A stretch of DNA of 64,000 nt from Octopus vulgaris (lineage: Eukaryota), in contig OX597816.1 in assembly GCA_951406725.2 (NCBI GenBank), positions 72,416,001 through 72,480,000 of the forward strand, written 5' to 3'. The notes under the pieces were generated by a model. It saw nothing but the letters and a program-made list of their open reading frames with translations. It had not been told where the DNA came from and did not search any database. A program made the translations under genes and the position numbers. Shown here piece after piece: positions 27,780 to 40,512 of the stretch. Within the stretch, counting starts at the first letter, position 1; every line of letters starts with the position of its first letter.

Positions 27780-28935
27780 AATATCTACAATTTCCGGTGA
27801 GTATTTTGAATTTCCCTCAAAATAAGTTAAGGAATTTACACATCTACAGTTTTCGAGCACACAAGCGATCAACTATTAAAGCTATTAAAAATAACTTTAA
27901 TATCTACAACTTCTGTGAATACCTATCTTTCCTCTCTCCCTTTATTCCAAGAACACTACAGCTTTCTCTGTTCGGACAGACAAGATCACCTCCAGTAAAT
28001 TGTAAAACCTTAATATCTACAATTTTCTGTTAAAATTTTACCTTCCTTTTCTTTCCTTTCCTTTCTCCCTGAGTATTTGAAAATGTAAACATCCTTTTTA
28101 TTGCAAAAACACTACAGTCTTCTCTGAACGGACATACAAACTAACATATCCAAAGAAATTTAGAAACTTTAGTATCTCTAATTTTGTGTGAACATCTTAT
28201 TTTTTCTTTTTCCCTGACTACCCGAATATATAAACATGCTTTTTATTGTAACAACACAATTTTATGCACGAAAAAAAAAAGCGAAAAATTAAGGAGGTAA
28301 GCACCTGCTAATATATACATACTGCACAACTACAAAAACTGTAAACCACAGCAAACCTTTTAAAAAGAAAAGAAAAAATTCCAAAAGAAAAAGAAATTCA
28401 GAAATGAAAAAAATCAAGAAGAACATTTCTTCCTCCTACTGGAATACCTGCTATTTCTTGTGAATAGTTCAAATCTCCCTCAAAATAAATTAGGAAACTT
28501 ACATACCTACAGCTTTCGAACACACAAACGATCAGCTTTAAAAAAACAAACGTTAATATCTACAACTTCTTTGAATACCTATCCTTTCCTTTCTCCCTGA
28601 GTATTTGAAAATGTAAGCATCCTCTTTATTCCAAGAACACTACAGTTTTCTCTGTTCGGACAGACAAAAGATCATCTCCAGTAAATTTTAAAATCTTAAT
28701 ATCTACAATTTTCTTTTAAAGTTTTACCTTCCTATTCTTTCCTTTCCTTTCTCCCTGTGTATTCGAAAATGTAACCATCTTTTTCATTGCAAAAATACGA
28801 CTGTATTCTCCAACTGGACAGACAAACGAACATCTCAAGAAAACTTTAAAACTTTAATATATCAAATTTTGTGAGAAACTTACCCCTGCCTACACAAATA
28901 TGTAAACATACCTTCTATTGCAATAACAAAATTGA
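27780..28935. repeat. Hierarchical tandem repeat (about 160-bp subunits within two larger duplicated blocks)
   Basis: About 27811-28260 resembles about 28475-28930. TTAATATCTACAA, ACACTACAG and GGACAGACAA recur within each block. Confidence 0.8.
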
Positions 28936-29559
28936 ATTCAGAAATTCAAAAACTCAACGACGTGAATATCAGTATATATATATATGTTAAAATTGTTTTT
29001 TCTACCAGTAATTACAAATAAAACAGGTTGAATTGCTCCTTTCAAGGCCAAGGGCAGCGCTCTCACTAGTCGCTGGTAGTAGTAAACACATTTGATCTCT
29101 GCTGACCCAAAGGGTGCAAAAATTATTTTATCTCTATGTATGGTTGACCTCCCACCATCTGCCGAATCTATTTATAGACCTGTAGAATTTGATCTATTCA
29201 CCAAGCTGCTAGTCTTCCAACAACTGTTTCTTCCAACAACCACATATTTACGATTATCTCAAGTACAGGACAAAATTTGAAAATAAAGAACATTTAATAA
29301 AATCTTTTAATAATAAATGGAAATAGTAATAGTGGAAATAACAATAGTAGTGGTGGTGAAGGTGATAATGATAAAAATAATGATAATATGCTGCAGCTGT
29401 CAATACTACAACTACGAGTTTTCTGATGGTACAGGAATCTGAGGCCCAACTACCACTACTACCACTACCCCAACCCTACTACTGTTGCTGCTACTGCCAC
29501 CACTGATGCTACTGCACATAGATACAACAATTACAACAATAAAGGCAGTAACTCACAAC

Positions 29560-31385
29560 GGCGATGGAAGACTGTGTGTATACCGAATATTACAAGTGAG
29601 CAATGAACTCTCTGGAAAGTCGTTCTGCATGACAGAACATAGCTGAGGAAGGCCAGATCAAATAGTATAATTTTCTATGCGGCTGTCCATGTGAACAGCA
29701 CTGGAAATTGGTGCTACCTCTGCCCTGCATAGGCCTGTGTAACGTCTGAGTCTGTTAATAATAACAATGACAAATAGCAAAAAAAAATAATTACTGATAT
29801 CAGTGATATCAATGATGATGAAAATAATAATAATGAAAGGAAACTGGAGGAGTCCCTCCATGTCCTGATTAACGATACATCTAGTGATGGTGTCACAATA
29901 AAAACACTGGTAATTGCGCAACCAGGTAATCGCTACCTCATATGAGTGACAATGAAAAAAAAACAAAATATTGTGAATAACATTGGTAATGAAACAGAAG
30001 CCATTGATGGTGACAGTGTTGCATCCGGCAGGCTCAGAGATTCTGGTCCGGCTCCAGCCTGTCGATATCCAGAAAGGGACCACCACACACGGCGTAGATA
30101 GAACAAGCAAATTAATGCTGTGGTCATGGAGTGTTACTACCTGAGCAGCTCGGTAGATGAAAATGGTGCTCGAATTAGGGGTTACCGACAACGTATGTAT
30201 GATCATTGGAGGGAAAAGAGATGGTTTCAACTCACGTAACAGAGACTATGTGATCAAGCTAGAGCAATAAGAAAAAATCGTTGGTTTACAGAAGTAGAGC
30301 TCGAAGCTATCAAAAGACGGGTCTTGGAAAATAGCAGTAGAGATAACGATGAAAATGCAGTTCTTACTAATAAGAGTAATCTCATAACACAGGAAAGGAG
30401 CAGTGGTACCTTACTTGATGAGAGACATATAGATGACATAAAAGAAGACAATAAACCTAATGGCACCATGGCAGATGAACAAAAGTCAATCTACGACAGA
30501 ATATAGGCAAGACTACAAACACTGGTAATTGCGCACTGAAAGTAGGTGGGTAAAGAAAAGAATGCACGGACAATTTCATAGGGATGCTGAAGATAAGACA
30601 GACAGGGAAAAATATAGCTGTGGATGACTAAAAGGGATTTAAAACCGGAAACGGAGTCTCTAATCTGTGCTGCCCAAGAGCAAGCACTAAGAACAAACTA
30701 CATAAAATACAGAATAAACAACACATCAGAAAGTGATAAGTACAGAATCTTTGGACAAAATAGTGAAACCGTGTGGCATATTACCAGCCTATATACGCCA
30801 CTAGCCCAGAAGGAATATAAGAGATATGACAATATAGCCAGGCTTGTTCATTGGACACTTTGCAACAAGTATGGACTTGGCAGAGTAAAAAATGAGTACG
30901 ACCACAAATCCGAAGGCATCATAGAAAATGATAATACAAAGATCCTGTGGGGTTTTATGATTCAGTGCAACAATGAGATAGAGAATAGGAAGCTAGACAT
31001 AGTCATAATTGAGAAAGAAATCAAACTATGCTGGATCATAGATATAGCATGCCCAGCTGACAACAAGGTATGCGATAAGGAAGAAAGAAAATCGAGAGAT
31101 ATGACATGTTAGCTTGGGAGGTTTAGCAGTTGTGGTGGATGAAAAAGATGGTAGTAGTACCAATAATTGTCGGAGCCCTGGGAACAGTGAGTAAAAATCT
31201 TGAGAAGCACATGGAACAAATAGGGGATGCAATAAGAGTGGAACACTTGCAGAAAACAGCACTGCTTGGAACCGCTCGAATACTCCGGAAGGTGCTCGAA
31301 AAATAAGATGTGTTACCTGAGTTCACTGGTAGTGAACAACTGACACTGTAGTACATTTCCAGCGTTAGAAGGCGTGCAAAGGCAA
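29560..31385 (+). mobile_element. R4/Dong-clade non-LTR retrotransposon, internally deleted (RT missing)
   Basis: N-terminal region (VMECYYL...RGYRQRMYDHW...QRLCDQARAIRKNRWFTEVELEAIK) is joined at about 30517-30540 to the C-terminal region (LKPETESLICAAQEQALRTN, NRKLDIV, CWIIDIACPAD, VVVPIIVGALG). Stop at 31304-31306, followed by a short 3' UTR and an (AAT)n tail. Confidence 0.85.
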
Positions 31386-31432
31386 TAATAATAATGATGA
31401 TGATGATGATGATGATGACGATGACGACGACG

Positions 31433-31492
<60 letters not shown>

Positions 31493-31519
31493 GTACCGTC
31501 GTCGACCCATCACCGAAGT

Positions 31520-33110
31520 GCTGCTGAAAAGCCGCACACATCTGCACAGAGCCGCGTAGCACGCACCCATCCCTATTCGTCAAAGACCTGATTGTGCTTT
31601 TGTTTTCACGTAGTTCAGAGTCTTAGTTTCTTCCTGTGTGGGCGCACGGGCTTTAGCTCTGATAACGCAACCTTTGTATTTCGCTTCGAAGAAATGGTCA
31701 AGGGCCATTCTCACCGCTAACACATCGGTCGCAATGCCCTTTTTAATCATTTCTTCTAATTTGCTAACTAGTTCCTCTTCTCATCTATTCCTTTCTATTG
31801 CTAACTCTTTGCTAAACGCTATCGACTCTGCTCTAACCGCCTTCTTCATAGTAGCCCATGACCGGTTGTTGAAGATTGCTTCCGTCAACTGCGCTTAACT
31901 AGTTCACTAATCCGGTCCCAGTCTTTGCGTGCTGGAAAGGACGCATTTAACTTCCAGTGACCGGGTCCCTGTCTACGGATCCTATTTAACCCGACTGTGC
32001 AGATCACAAACTTGTGGTCTGTGTAGCCAACCAAACTTAAGTTGTGGACAACCTACACTATACCTAGCCTCTGGCCTAACAAATACTCTATCTTGAGACG
32101 ATCTGGATGACCCATTGTGGTTGCTCCATGTTCACACTGGCTTTTCAGGGAAATCCAGTCGATACCTATCAGACAATTGGAAGTGTCTGAGTAGGTATTC
32201 CAAAATCCAATTCCAGTCTACTACCTGTACTAAACTGTGAGATGTTCCCAGGAATGTTTCTAGACGTCTGAAGAATTCTGACCTTTCAGCCCCTGTCGAA
32301 GCAGAGACGACCATCAGTCTAAGGGCGCCACCTTCTCTACCATTCGCATCTAGGAGCACCAACCTGACGCCTGGGTCCAAGAAGATTGCTTTTACTTCGA
32401 GACCTAAGGATTTTCGGAATAGCACTGCTACCCCGCCAGCCGCTCTCGACGGACCACATGATGAGAATATCTCATAGTTATAAAAAATGGGCGCTAATGT
32501 ATGCGCATTAGAAATCCTTGTCTCGTTAATTGGTGCGACATCTAAATCGAGCGACCCGAGGTCGTTTAGCAAGTGACCTTACTTCCAAGCTGACCTCAGG
32601 CCACGAACATTCACACACCCCACTCTGAAAACGATCATGTTTATCGGAGAAACAACATAGAAGAAGTTCACTAACCTTGGATTTCGAGAGGGTCTGCTGA
32701 TTCATCTGACTTGCCTGGTTCATTACCATTACTGAAGGGTTCTCCCAATGTCTTTTTATTCGGCCTTTGCCTAAAAGGTCCAATGTCTTTTGAGTATCTT
32801 TTTTTTAAGTGCTAGGTATGTGTTTGTATCAGCTTTTATCAGCTGTCTGTCATGGGGAGTTTTCGACAGAAGTTCGTCGAACCCTAATCCTTTTGTATGA
32901 ATATTTGTCTTTTCCCTACTTCCTGCATCAGCTCGCTGTCGCTCTTACGAAGTTGATGAGGTGTTCGGCTTGTCTAGCACGTTGTACAAGTTGTTCTTGT
33001 GACTGTTGTTTCTCTTCGTGTATTTGTTTCTGTTTCGGTGCCTTTTGCTGTTGGCATTTGTGGTTGAATGAGTGTGCATCGCTTTTGTTGTTGGGATTTG
33101 GGTGAGTGTG
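31520..33110 (-). mobile_element. Tx1/L1-clade LINE fragment (APE endonuclease region)
   Basis: - strand GCVNVRGL, DVAPINETR, GGVAVLFRK, TDHKFV, GPGHWKLNAS motifs; frameshifted. Confidence 0.8.
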
Positions 33111-33115
33111 TCGGT

Positions 33116-33340
33116 CTGGCAGAAACGTTAGCACGCCGGGCGAAATGCTTAGCGGTATTTCGTCTGCGTTACGTTGTGAGTTCAAATTCCGCCGAGGTCA
33201 ACTTTGCCTTTCATCCTTTCGGGGTCGATAAATTAAGTACCAGTTACGCACTGGGGTCGATGTAATCGACTTAATACCTATATCTGTCCTTGTTTGTCCC
33301 CTCTGTGTTTAGCTCCTTGTGGGTAATAAAGAAATAGGTA
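33116..33340 (+). mobile_element. SINE family B
   Basis: Matches unit 1 of 12057. Confidence 0.9.
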
Positions 33341-33596
33341 TTGTTTGTGTAGCTGATGGATTCGGTGAATTTTCCTCGTCCTGTCTTTCCACTTTCAGCT
33401 TAGGACGGCCTCTTTTTTCCGGAAGTATTTTTCCGCTCTTCCCCAACACAAGTCCTTTTAGGCGGGGTTCAATTGCTTCTCGTCACATGATAAGTCCTCT
33501 GAATCACCCGTGTCGGGAATAATACTGATTAGAAGATTTAAGGAGTTGCTGTAAAAGAGGAAGAGAAAAATAGGTTTGAAATATTGATTTCCAACG

Positions 33597-33628
33597 TGAT
33601 GATGATGATGATGGTGATGGTGATGATA

Positions 33629-33670
<42 letters not shown>

Positions 33671-33851
33671 TTGATGATGATGGTGGTGGTGATGATGATG
33701 ATGATGATGATGGGGTGATGATGATGATGATGATGATGATGACGATGACGATGATGATGATGATGATGATGGTGATGACGATGATGACGATGATGATGAT
33801 GATGATGATGACGATGATGATGATGATGATGACAATGATGACGACGACGAC

Positions 33852-33892
<41 letters not shown>

Positions 33893-33899
33893 CGATGAA

Positions 33900-33954
<55 letters not shown>

Positions 33955-33960
33955 GTGATG
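33597..33960. repeat. (GAT)n microsatellite
   Basis: Visible array; source of poly-M, poly-H and poly-S ORFs. Confidence 0.97.
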
Positions 33961-34471
33961 CTAGTTGCTTCTACTATTGGCCCAATGCCAGACGTTTTTA
34001 GGAAAGGAGTACACGACTGATACTTTATATAACAAAGTCCGAAAGGATGATAGTCGAAGCTGACCCGGGTGGCATTTTAACTTAGAAAGGACAGAGCAGG
34101 AGCAAATGCCGCGGGGCATTGCTTCTGATGTCCTAAAGGATTTTGCTAGTCTGGATCCTTATAATATATATATAATATATATATATATAACAGCAGCTGC
34201 AGCAACGGTAATAATAATCCTTTCTACTCGAAGCACAAGGCCCGAAATTGTTTTTGGGCGGTGGTGGTGGTGGGGGTAAGTTGATTAGATGGAACCCAGT
34301 GCATAGCTGTTACTTATTTAATCGACTCTGAAAGATGAAAGGCAAAGCCGACCTCAGCAGAATTTGAATTCAGAACGTAAAGACGGACGAAATACCACTA
34401 AGCATTTTGCCCAGAATGCTAACGATTCTGCCAGCTCGACGCCTTCAATAATAATACTAATAATGATGATG

Positions 34472-34535
<64 letters not shown>

Positions 34536-34559
34536 TAATAATAATAATAAATTACCAGA

Positions 34560-35264
34560 AATTACCAAAAACATGTAATGAAAAGAAATATAGCAAGTAA
34601 CTGCAGAATATGTGGAGATGGACAAGAAACAATAAATCATATTATCTCTAGCTGCCCAGTCCTGGCTAAGAAGGAATATATTCACAGACACGACAGAGTT
34701 GGGACCTACATACACTGGAAGTTATGCCAACACTATGGAATAACAACAGAAAAAAGATGGTATAGGCACAAACCAGAAAAGGTCACAGAAGACGAGAAAG
34801 CAACCATACTCTGGGATATGCCGATACACACAGATAGAGAAATTAAGGCCAACAGACCAGATATAGTTGTCAGAGATCATGAAGAAAAAAATGCTTTCTA
34901 ATTGATGTATCAATACCGGCAGATGACAACGTGTCTCTAAAAGAAATGGAGAAACTCTCAAAATACAAAGACCTGGAAATAGAGGTAACCAGAATGTGGA
35001 ATCTAAAAACAGAAACAATTCCTATCATAGTAGGTGCATTAGGCATGATAAAAAAATATTCAGACAAATACATAACAAAAACACCAGGACTTACAAACAC
35101 GTATAACATACAGAAAATTGCACTACTAGGCACTGCACACATCCTACGCAGAACACTTTCCATACAATAACCATCAGAGCATCACAACAAATCACAGCAC
35201 ATACCCAAGGCACACAGAGCTGCGCTCGGTAGTGAAGTGCAAGCACGCTATAAAAATAAAACTA

Positions 35265-35268
<4 letters not shown>
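34560..35268 (+). mobile_element. 5'-truncated R4/Dong-clade element (CCHC knuckle + restriction-like endonuclease + 3' UTR) inside an (AAT)n array
   Basis: CRICGDGQETINHIISSC, RHDRV, ANRPDIV, then after a frameshift KEMEKLSKYKDL and IPIIVGALG. (AAT)n on both sides. Confidence 0.92.
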
Positions 35269-35353
<85 letters not shown>

Positions 35354-35369
35354 TAATAATAATAATAAA

Positions 35370-35923
35370 TGCCCTGATGTATTACCAGACAGTGACTCCC
35401 ATGGCTTCTGATATTAACTGATTGGAAGTGTTATCATGTACATTGTTTTGTCTGGTATAAAAGATAGGCTACAGCAAATATTCTGCTCAATAGCACAGAT
35501 TTGCTTGTCAGTTGTTTGACCTTAACAAGTTGATCATGTCCTTTAGTGGCTGACGATATGTGCACCTCTGATCACGAGCAGAAGTAGTGGTGGAGCATCA
35601 TAGCCATGTGTTGAGAGGGATTCTTCGGGGTTTGAATAATTCACCTCTGGAAACATGGGTGTTTCATTCAACATCCTTAAACAACCCTTATTCAGGGACC
35701 TTTTGAGCGGGATGGGTTACTCGACCTGAAGAAAATTCTAACTGGGCCCCACCTGCAGGGTCATGCGCTAATTATCTTGATATGAGATCACCATGTCGCG
35801 CACACATGGTTGTTATGCATGTGCCAAGTGTACCCTTATCAGACGGGTAGTCATGATGGGTATACTGGGCTTCATATATTTTACTCCAGTGTCACTTTGA
35901 TGGCATGCATTGCTCTCTCACTC
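35370..35923. repeat. Non-coding interspersed element of about 550 bp flanked by (AAT)n
   Basis: Partial second copy at 18571-18840; (AAT)n on both flanks. Confidence 0.8.
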
Positions 35924-35955
<32 letters not shown>

Positions 35956-35960
35956 TATAA

Positions 35961-36542
35961 TTCTTTCTACTATAGGCACAAGGCCTGAAATTTGGGGGAG
36001 GGGAATAGTCGATTTCATCGACGCAAGTGTTTCACTGGTACTTAATTTATCGACCCCGAAATGATGAATGGCAAAGTCGACCTTGGTGGAATTTGAACTC
36101 AGGACGTAGCGACGGGCGAAATACCTATTTCTTTACTACCCAAAAGGGGCTAAACATAGAGGGGACAAACAAATACAGACAAACGGATTAAGTCGATTTC
36201 ATCGACCTCAGTGCATCACTGGTACTTAATTTATCGACCCCGAAAGGATGAAAGGTATAGTCGACCTCAGCGGAATTTGAACTCAGAACGCAGCTGCAGA
36301 CGAAATACCTATTTCTTTACTACCCACAAGGGGCTAAACACAGAGCGGACAAACAAGGACAGACATACAAATTAGGTCGATTATATCGACTCCAGTGCGT
36401 AACTGGTACTTATTTAATCGACCCCGAAAGGATGAAAGACAAAGTCGACCTCGATGGAGTTTGAACTCAGAACGTAGCGGCAGACGAAATACCGCTAGGC
36501 ATTTCGCCCGGCGTGCCAACGTTTCTGCCAGCTCGCCGCCTT
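35961..36542 (-). mobile_element. SINE family B with three internal tandem units
   Basis: Reverse-complement arrangement of 12057-12647. Confidence 0.9.
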
Positions 36543-36690
36543 GACAGCAATAGTAATGGTTTCAAATTTTGGTACAAGGCCAGGAATTTCGGTGCAGTGG
36601 GTAAATCGATTACATTGACCCCAGTGCTCAGCTGATATTTGTTTTATAAACCCCTAAAAGGTGAAAGGCAAAGTCAACCGCAACGACAGT

Positions 36691-36875
36691 GGAGGTGCAA
36701 TGGCCCAGTGGTTAGGGCGGCGGACTCGCGGTCGTAAGAACGCAGTTTCGATTCCCAGACCGGGCATTGTGTGTGATTATTGAGCAAAAACACCTAAGCT
36801 CCTCGAGGCTCCGGCGGGGGATGGTGGTGAAACCCGCTGTTTTCTTTCACCACAACTTTTTCTCACTTCTTCTTT
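36691..36875 (+). mobile_element. SINE family D head, 3'-truncated
   Basis: GGAGGTGCAATGGCCCAGTGGTTAGGGCGGCGGACTCGCGG. Confidence 0.88.
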
Positions 36876-37180
36876 CTACTTCTGTCACAAAGCAGAGGAA
36901 CCATGGTGTAACCCACTATGGTGTGGTAAACTTTCAGACCCTAGTCTAGATTGCGAATCCTCTGTACCCCAGGATGGTTCAGCTCTCCACCCGTTAAAAG
37001 CCACCGTTTACAGAATGAGGATAACAACGTAGCTTTCGCGCCCGTGCAACCGCCAGTCTATCGCGTGTGGTGGGTGGATCTTCAAGTTGCCACACGCATT
37101 CTTTGTAGCTTCTTTGTAGCTTAGAGTAGGCTCTAATTAGAGATTGTTCTTTGTGGCTAATGGCGTGAGTCCTGATTGAA

Positions 37181-37357
37181 AGAAGAAGAAGAAGGAGGAG
37201 GAAGAGGAGGAGGAGGAGAAGAAGAAGAAGAAGAAGAAGAAGAAGAAGAAGGAGGAGGAGGAGGAGGAGGAGGAGGAGAAGAAGAAGAAGAAGAAGAAGA
37301 AGAAGAAGAAGAAGAAGAAGAAGAAGAAGAAGAAGAAGAAGAAGAAGACGACGACGA
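37181..37357. repeat. (GAA)n/(GGA)n microsatellite
   Basis: Visible array. Confidence 0.95.
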
Positions 37358-37841
37358 CCGCAACGACATTCGGACTGAAACACAAAGACAGACGTAATGT
37401 CGGTTAAGAATTTTTATCTGGCGTGCTAAGGATTCTTGCAGCTCGCTGCCAAAGCAATAATAATAACAATAGTAATAATTCTTTCTCCAAGAGGCACAAG
37501 GTCTGAAATCAGTAGGGTGGGGGCTAGTCGATTACATTTGGCCCTGAAAAGATGATAGACAAAGTCGACCACGGTGGATTTGAATTCCGAATGTAAAAAT
37601 GGACGAAATGTTGCGAAGCATTTTGTTCGGCGAGCTAAAGATTCTGAGGTTGCTGTCTAACAACAACAACAACAATAATAATAATAATTTCATTTATTAA
37701 CTACAGAAACGTCCGATGGGGTGTACATTACAAGGGCTGGTTGCAGTTTCTGTGGAGGTTAATACAAGTGAAGGCTAAGGAGAAAAAAAAGTGGAGTGGA
37801 GGAGGAATGAGATAAACCTATACACAGTATGCAAAAGATGT

Positions 37842-38222
37842 GGAGGCGCAATGGCCCAGTGGTTAGGGAAGCGGACTCGCGGTCGTAGGATCGCGGTTTC
37901 GATTCCCAGACCGGGCGTTGTGAGTGTTTATTGAGCGAAAACACCTAAAGCTCCACGAGGCTCCGGCAAGGGATGGTGGTGATCCCTGCTGTACTCTTTC
38001 ACCACAACTTTCTCTCACTCTTACTTCCTGTTTCTGTTGTACCTGTATTTCAAAGGGCTGGCCTTGTCACTCTCTGTGTCACGCTGAATATCCCCGAGAA
38101 CTACGTTAAGGGTACACGTGTCTGTGGAGTGCTCAGCCACTTACACGTTAATTTCACGAGCAGGCTGTTCCGTTGATCGGATCAACCGGAACCCTCGTCG
38201 TCGTAACCGACGGAGTGCTTCC
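37842..38222 (+). mobile_element. Full-length SINE family D (tRNA-Arg(TCG)-like head, tail T1)
   Basis: Perfect TSD ATGCAAAAGATGTG at 37829-37842 and 38223-38236. Confidence 0.95.
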
Positions 38223-38751
38223 ATGCAAAAGATGTGAATCGAAAGACGATACAACCTTTCTGACTCAGGAAAGTCCCAAACTAGAGCCATTTAAGAGCAT
38301 TTTTGAGCTTCATGTTTATTTATAAATGATTATTGCTATATATATAATAGAAGTAGACAACACAGTGGATCGAAGGGCATATATATACGTAGTCTTCAAA
38401 TCTCAACGAGAGCAATCTGACCCTACGTCCATTCGTTGTTGACAATATAAAGTATCATTCAAATACAGAGGCCGATTTAATTGACTAACTCGATCCCTTT
38501 AAAATTAGAAATAATTATAATTGCTGTGATAGGCTGCGTAATCGTTGGATTTGCAGAAACACATGTCTTGTGGTATTTACTTCGCATTATAATATTATAA
38601 ATTCAAATTATATCGGAGTTGCTCTTGTCTTTCCAGCGTCTTGCATCAGGAAAATACATAGAGTAGCAATCTATGTGTCATATTGAAAGCAGATACAGCA
38701 ATGACCTGGATGATTTTCATCTGCTATTGGTATTTTTATTAACAATGTATG

Positions 38752-38810
<59 letters not shown>

Positions 38811-38819
38811 AATGTCTCT

Positions 38820-39210
38820 CTTTTACTCTTTTACTTGTTTCAGTCATTTGACTGCGGCCATGCTGGAGCACCGCCTTTGATCGAGCAACTCGACCCCGGG
38901 ACTTATTCTTTTGTAAGCCCAGTACTTATTCTATCGGTCTCTTTTGCCGAAGCGCTAAGTAACGGGGACGTAAACACACCAGCGTCGGTTGTCAAGCAAT
39001 GCTTGGGGGACAAACACAGACACACAAACACACACATGCATATATATATACATATATACGACGGGTTTCTTTTCAGTTTCTGTCAACCAAATCCACTCAC
39101 AAGGCTTTGGTCGGCCCGAGGCTATAGTAGAAGACACTTGCCCAAGGTGCTACGCAGTGGGACTGAACCTGGAACCATGTGGTTGGTAAACAAGCTACTT
39201 ACCACACAGC
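38820..39210 (-). mobile_element. SINE family A
   Basis: Matches 8848-9262. Confidence 0.9.
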
Positions 39211-39863
39211 ATGTTTTATATATATATATATATATAGGAATGTATGTAGGTTCGTAAGTACGTGTATGTATGTCACTAAGGGATATTACCGCAGGATGGA
39301 TACCGCAGTTAATTAGGCTTTAAGTGATGTGTCTACTTTAGGTATGATACACATATTACTATTTTAAGCAGACACATGGATGTAGCAATATTTTACTGAA
39401 AGTCAATGTAATGATCCTTTTGCCAAGCTAGGTAATATTATCACTTAACGAATATCACGCAATTTTATTTAAAATATATATGTATCTATTCAATTGCTTA
39501 TTAAATTGAATGATTTCGAAATGCTATAGGTAAATAATTAAGAATTCGCACGAAAGTAAACTTGAGCAGATTTGGTGAAACAACGATAAACCTATTTTTG
39601 CGATGAAAATAGAATTGCGCGCGCGCGCGTTTGTGTGTGTGCGTGCGTGCGTAATTTGGTCATTTAATATACATTTTATCGACGTAGTTTGGATGAATTC
39701 TAAGAGATGGTCGCTCGCGAGATTTGAACTATGAATGTAAAAGAACGTAACTAAATTCCACAATACTACAAGGCAAGATTGTTTCCGATTCTGCAGCTTT
39801 TGCTTCTTCGTAGTCCGTTCGAATTTACATATTTAAAAGACATGTGTGTGTATACAACTGTAA

Positions 39864-39902
<39 letters not shown>

Positions 39903-40458
39903 AACCTATATGTACTTATACGTATATGTATATACATATATGTGTGTGTGTGAGTCAGTGTGTGTGAGTCAGTGTGTGTGTATGCGTGTGTGTGTGTATG
40001 TGTGTGTGTGTAACTTATTGATGCATGCGTAAAAGGAAACATAAATGTACAATCTGCTAGAGAGACAGAGACAGTCACAGAGACAGACAGATAGAGAGAG
40101 AGAGAGAGGAGAGAAAAAGAGAGAGAGGGAGAGAGAAAACGAGGAAGAAAGAAAATGTGTGAGAGAGTGAGAAAGAAAAACAGATTGATATAAAAAATGT
40201 GTTATAAGCTTAGAGAAGGACTTAAGAGAAATTAAAAAAAAAAGAACAGAACAGAAAGAAAGAATTATAAAAATCGAAAGAAAAGTGGAAAAGTAAGACA
40301 AGTAAAAACATCACAAAAAAACAGCAAAAAAAAAAACAAGAACAATACTGACTGAAAAGAAAAATGAGAAAAACGGGGAAAAAATAAAAAGGACGGTTAA
40401 AATTATCATAGAACTATAAATGTCAGTTGTTTCATACAGCTGTAAAGAAGCGCACATC

Positions 40459-40512
<54 letters not shown>

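Noticed and set aside
36880-37180. Possible RTE 5' UTR with an HDV-like ribozyme
   Set aside because: I could not build the nested double pseudoknot by eye.
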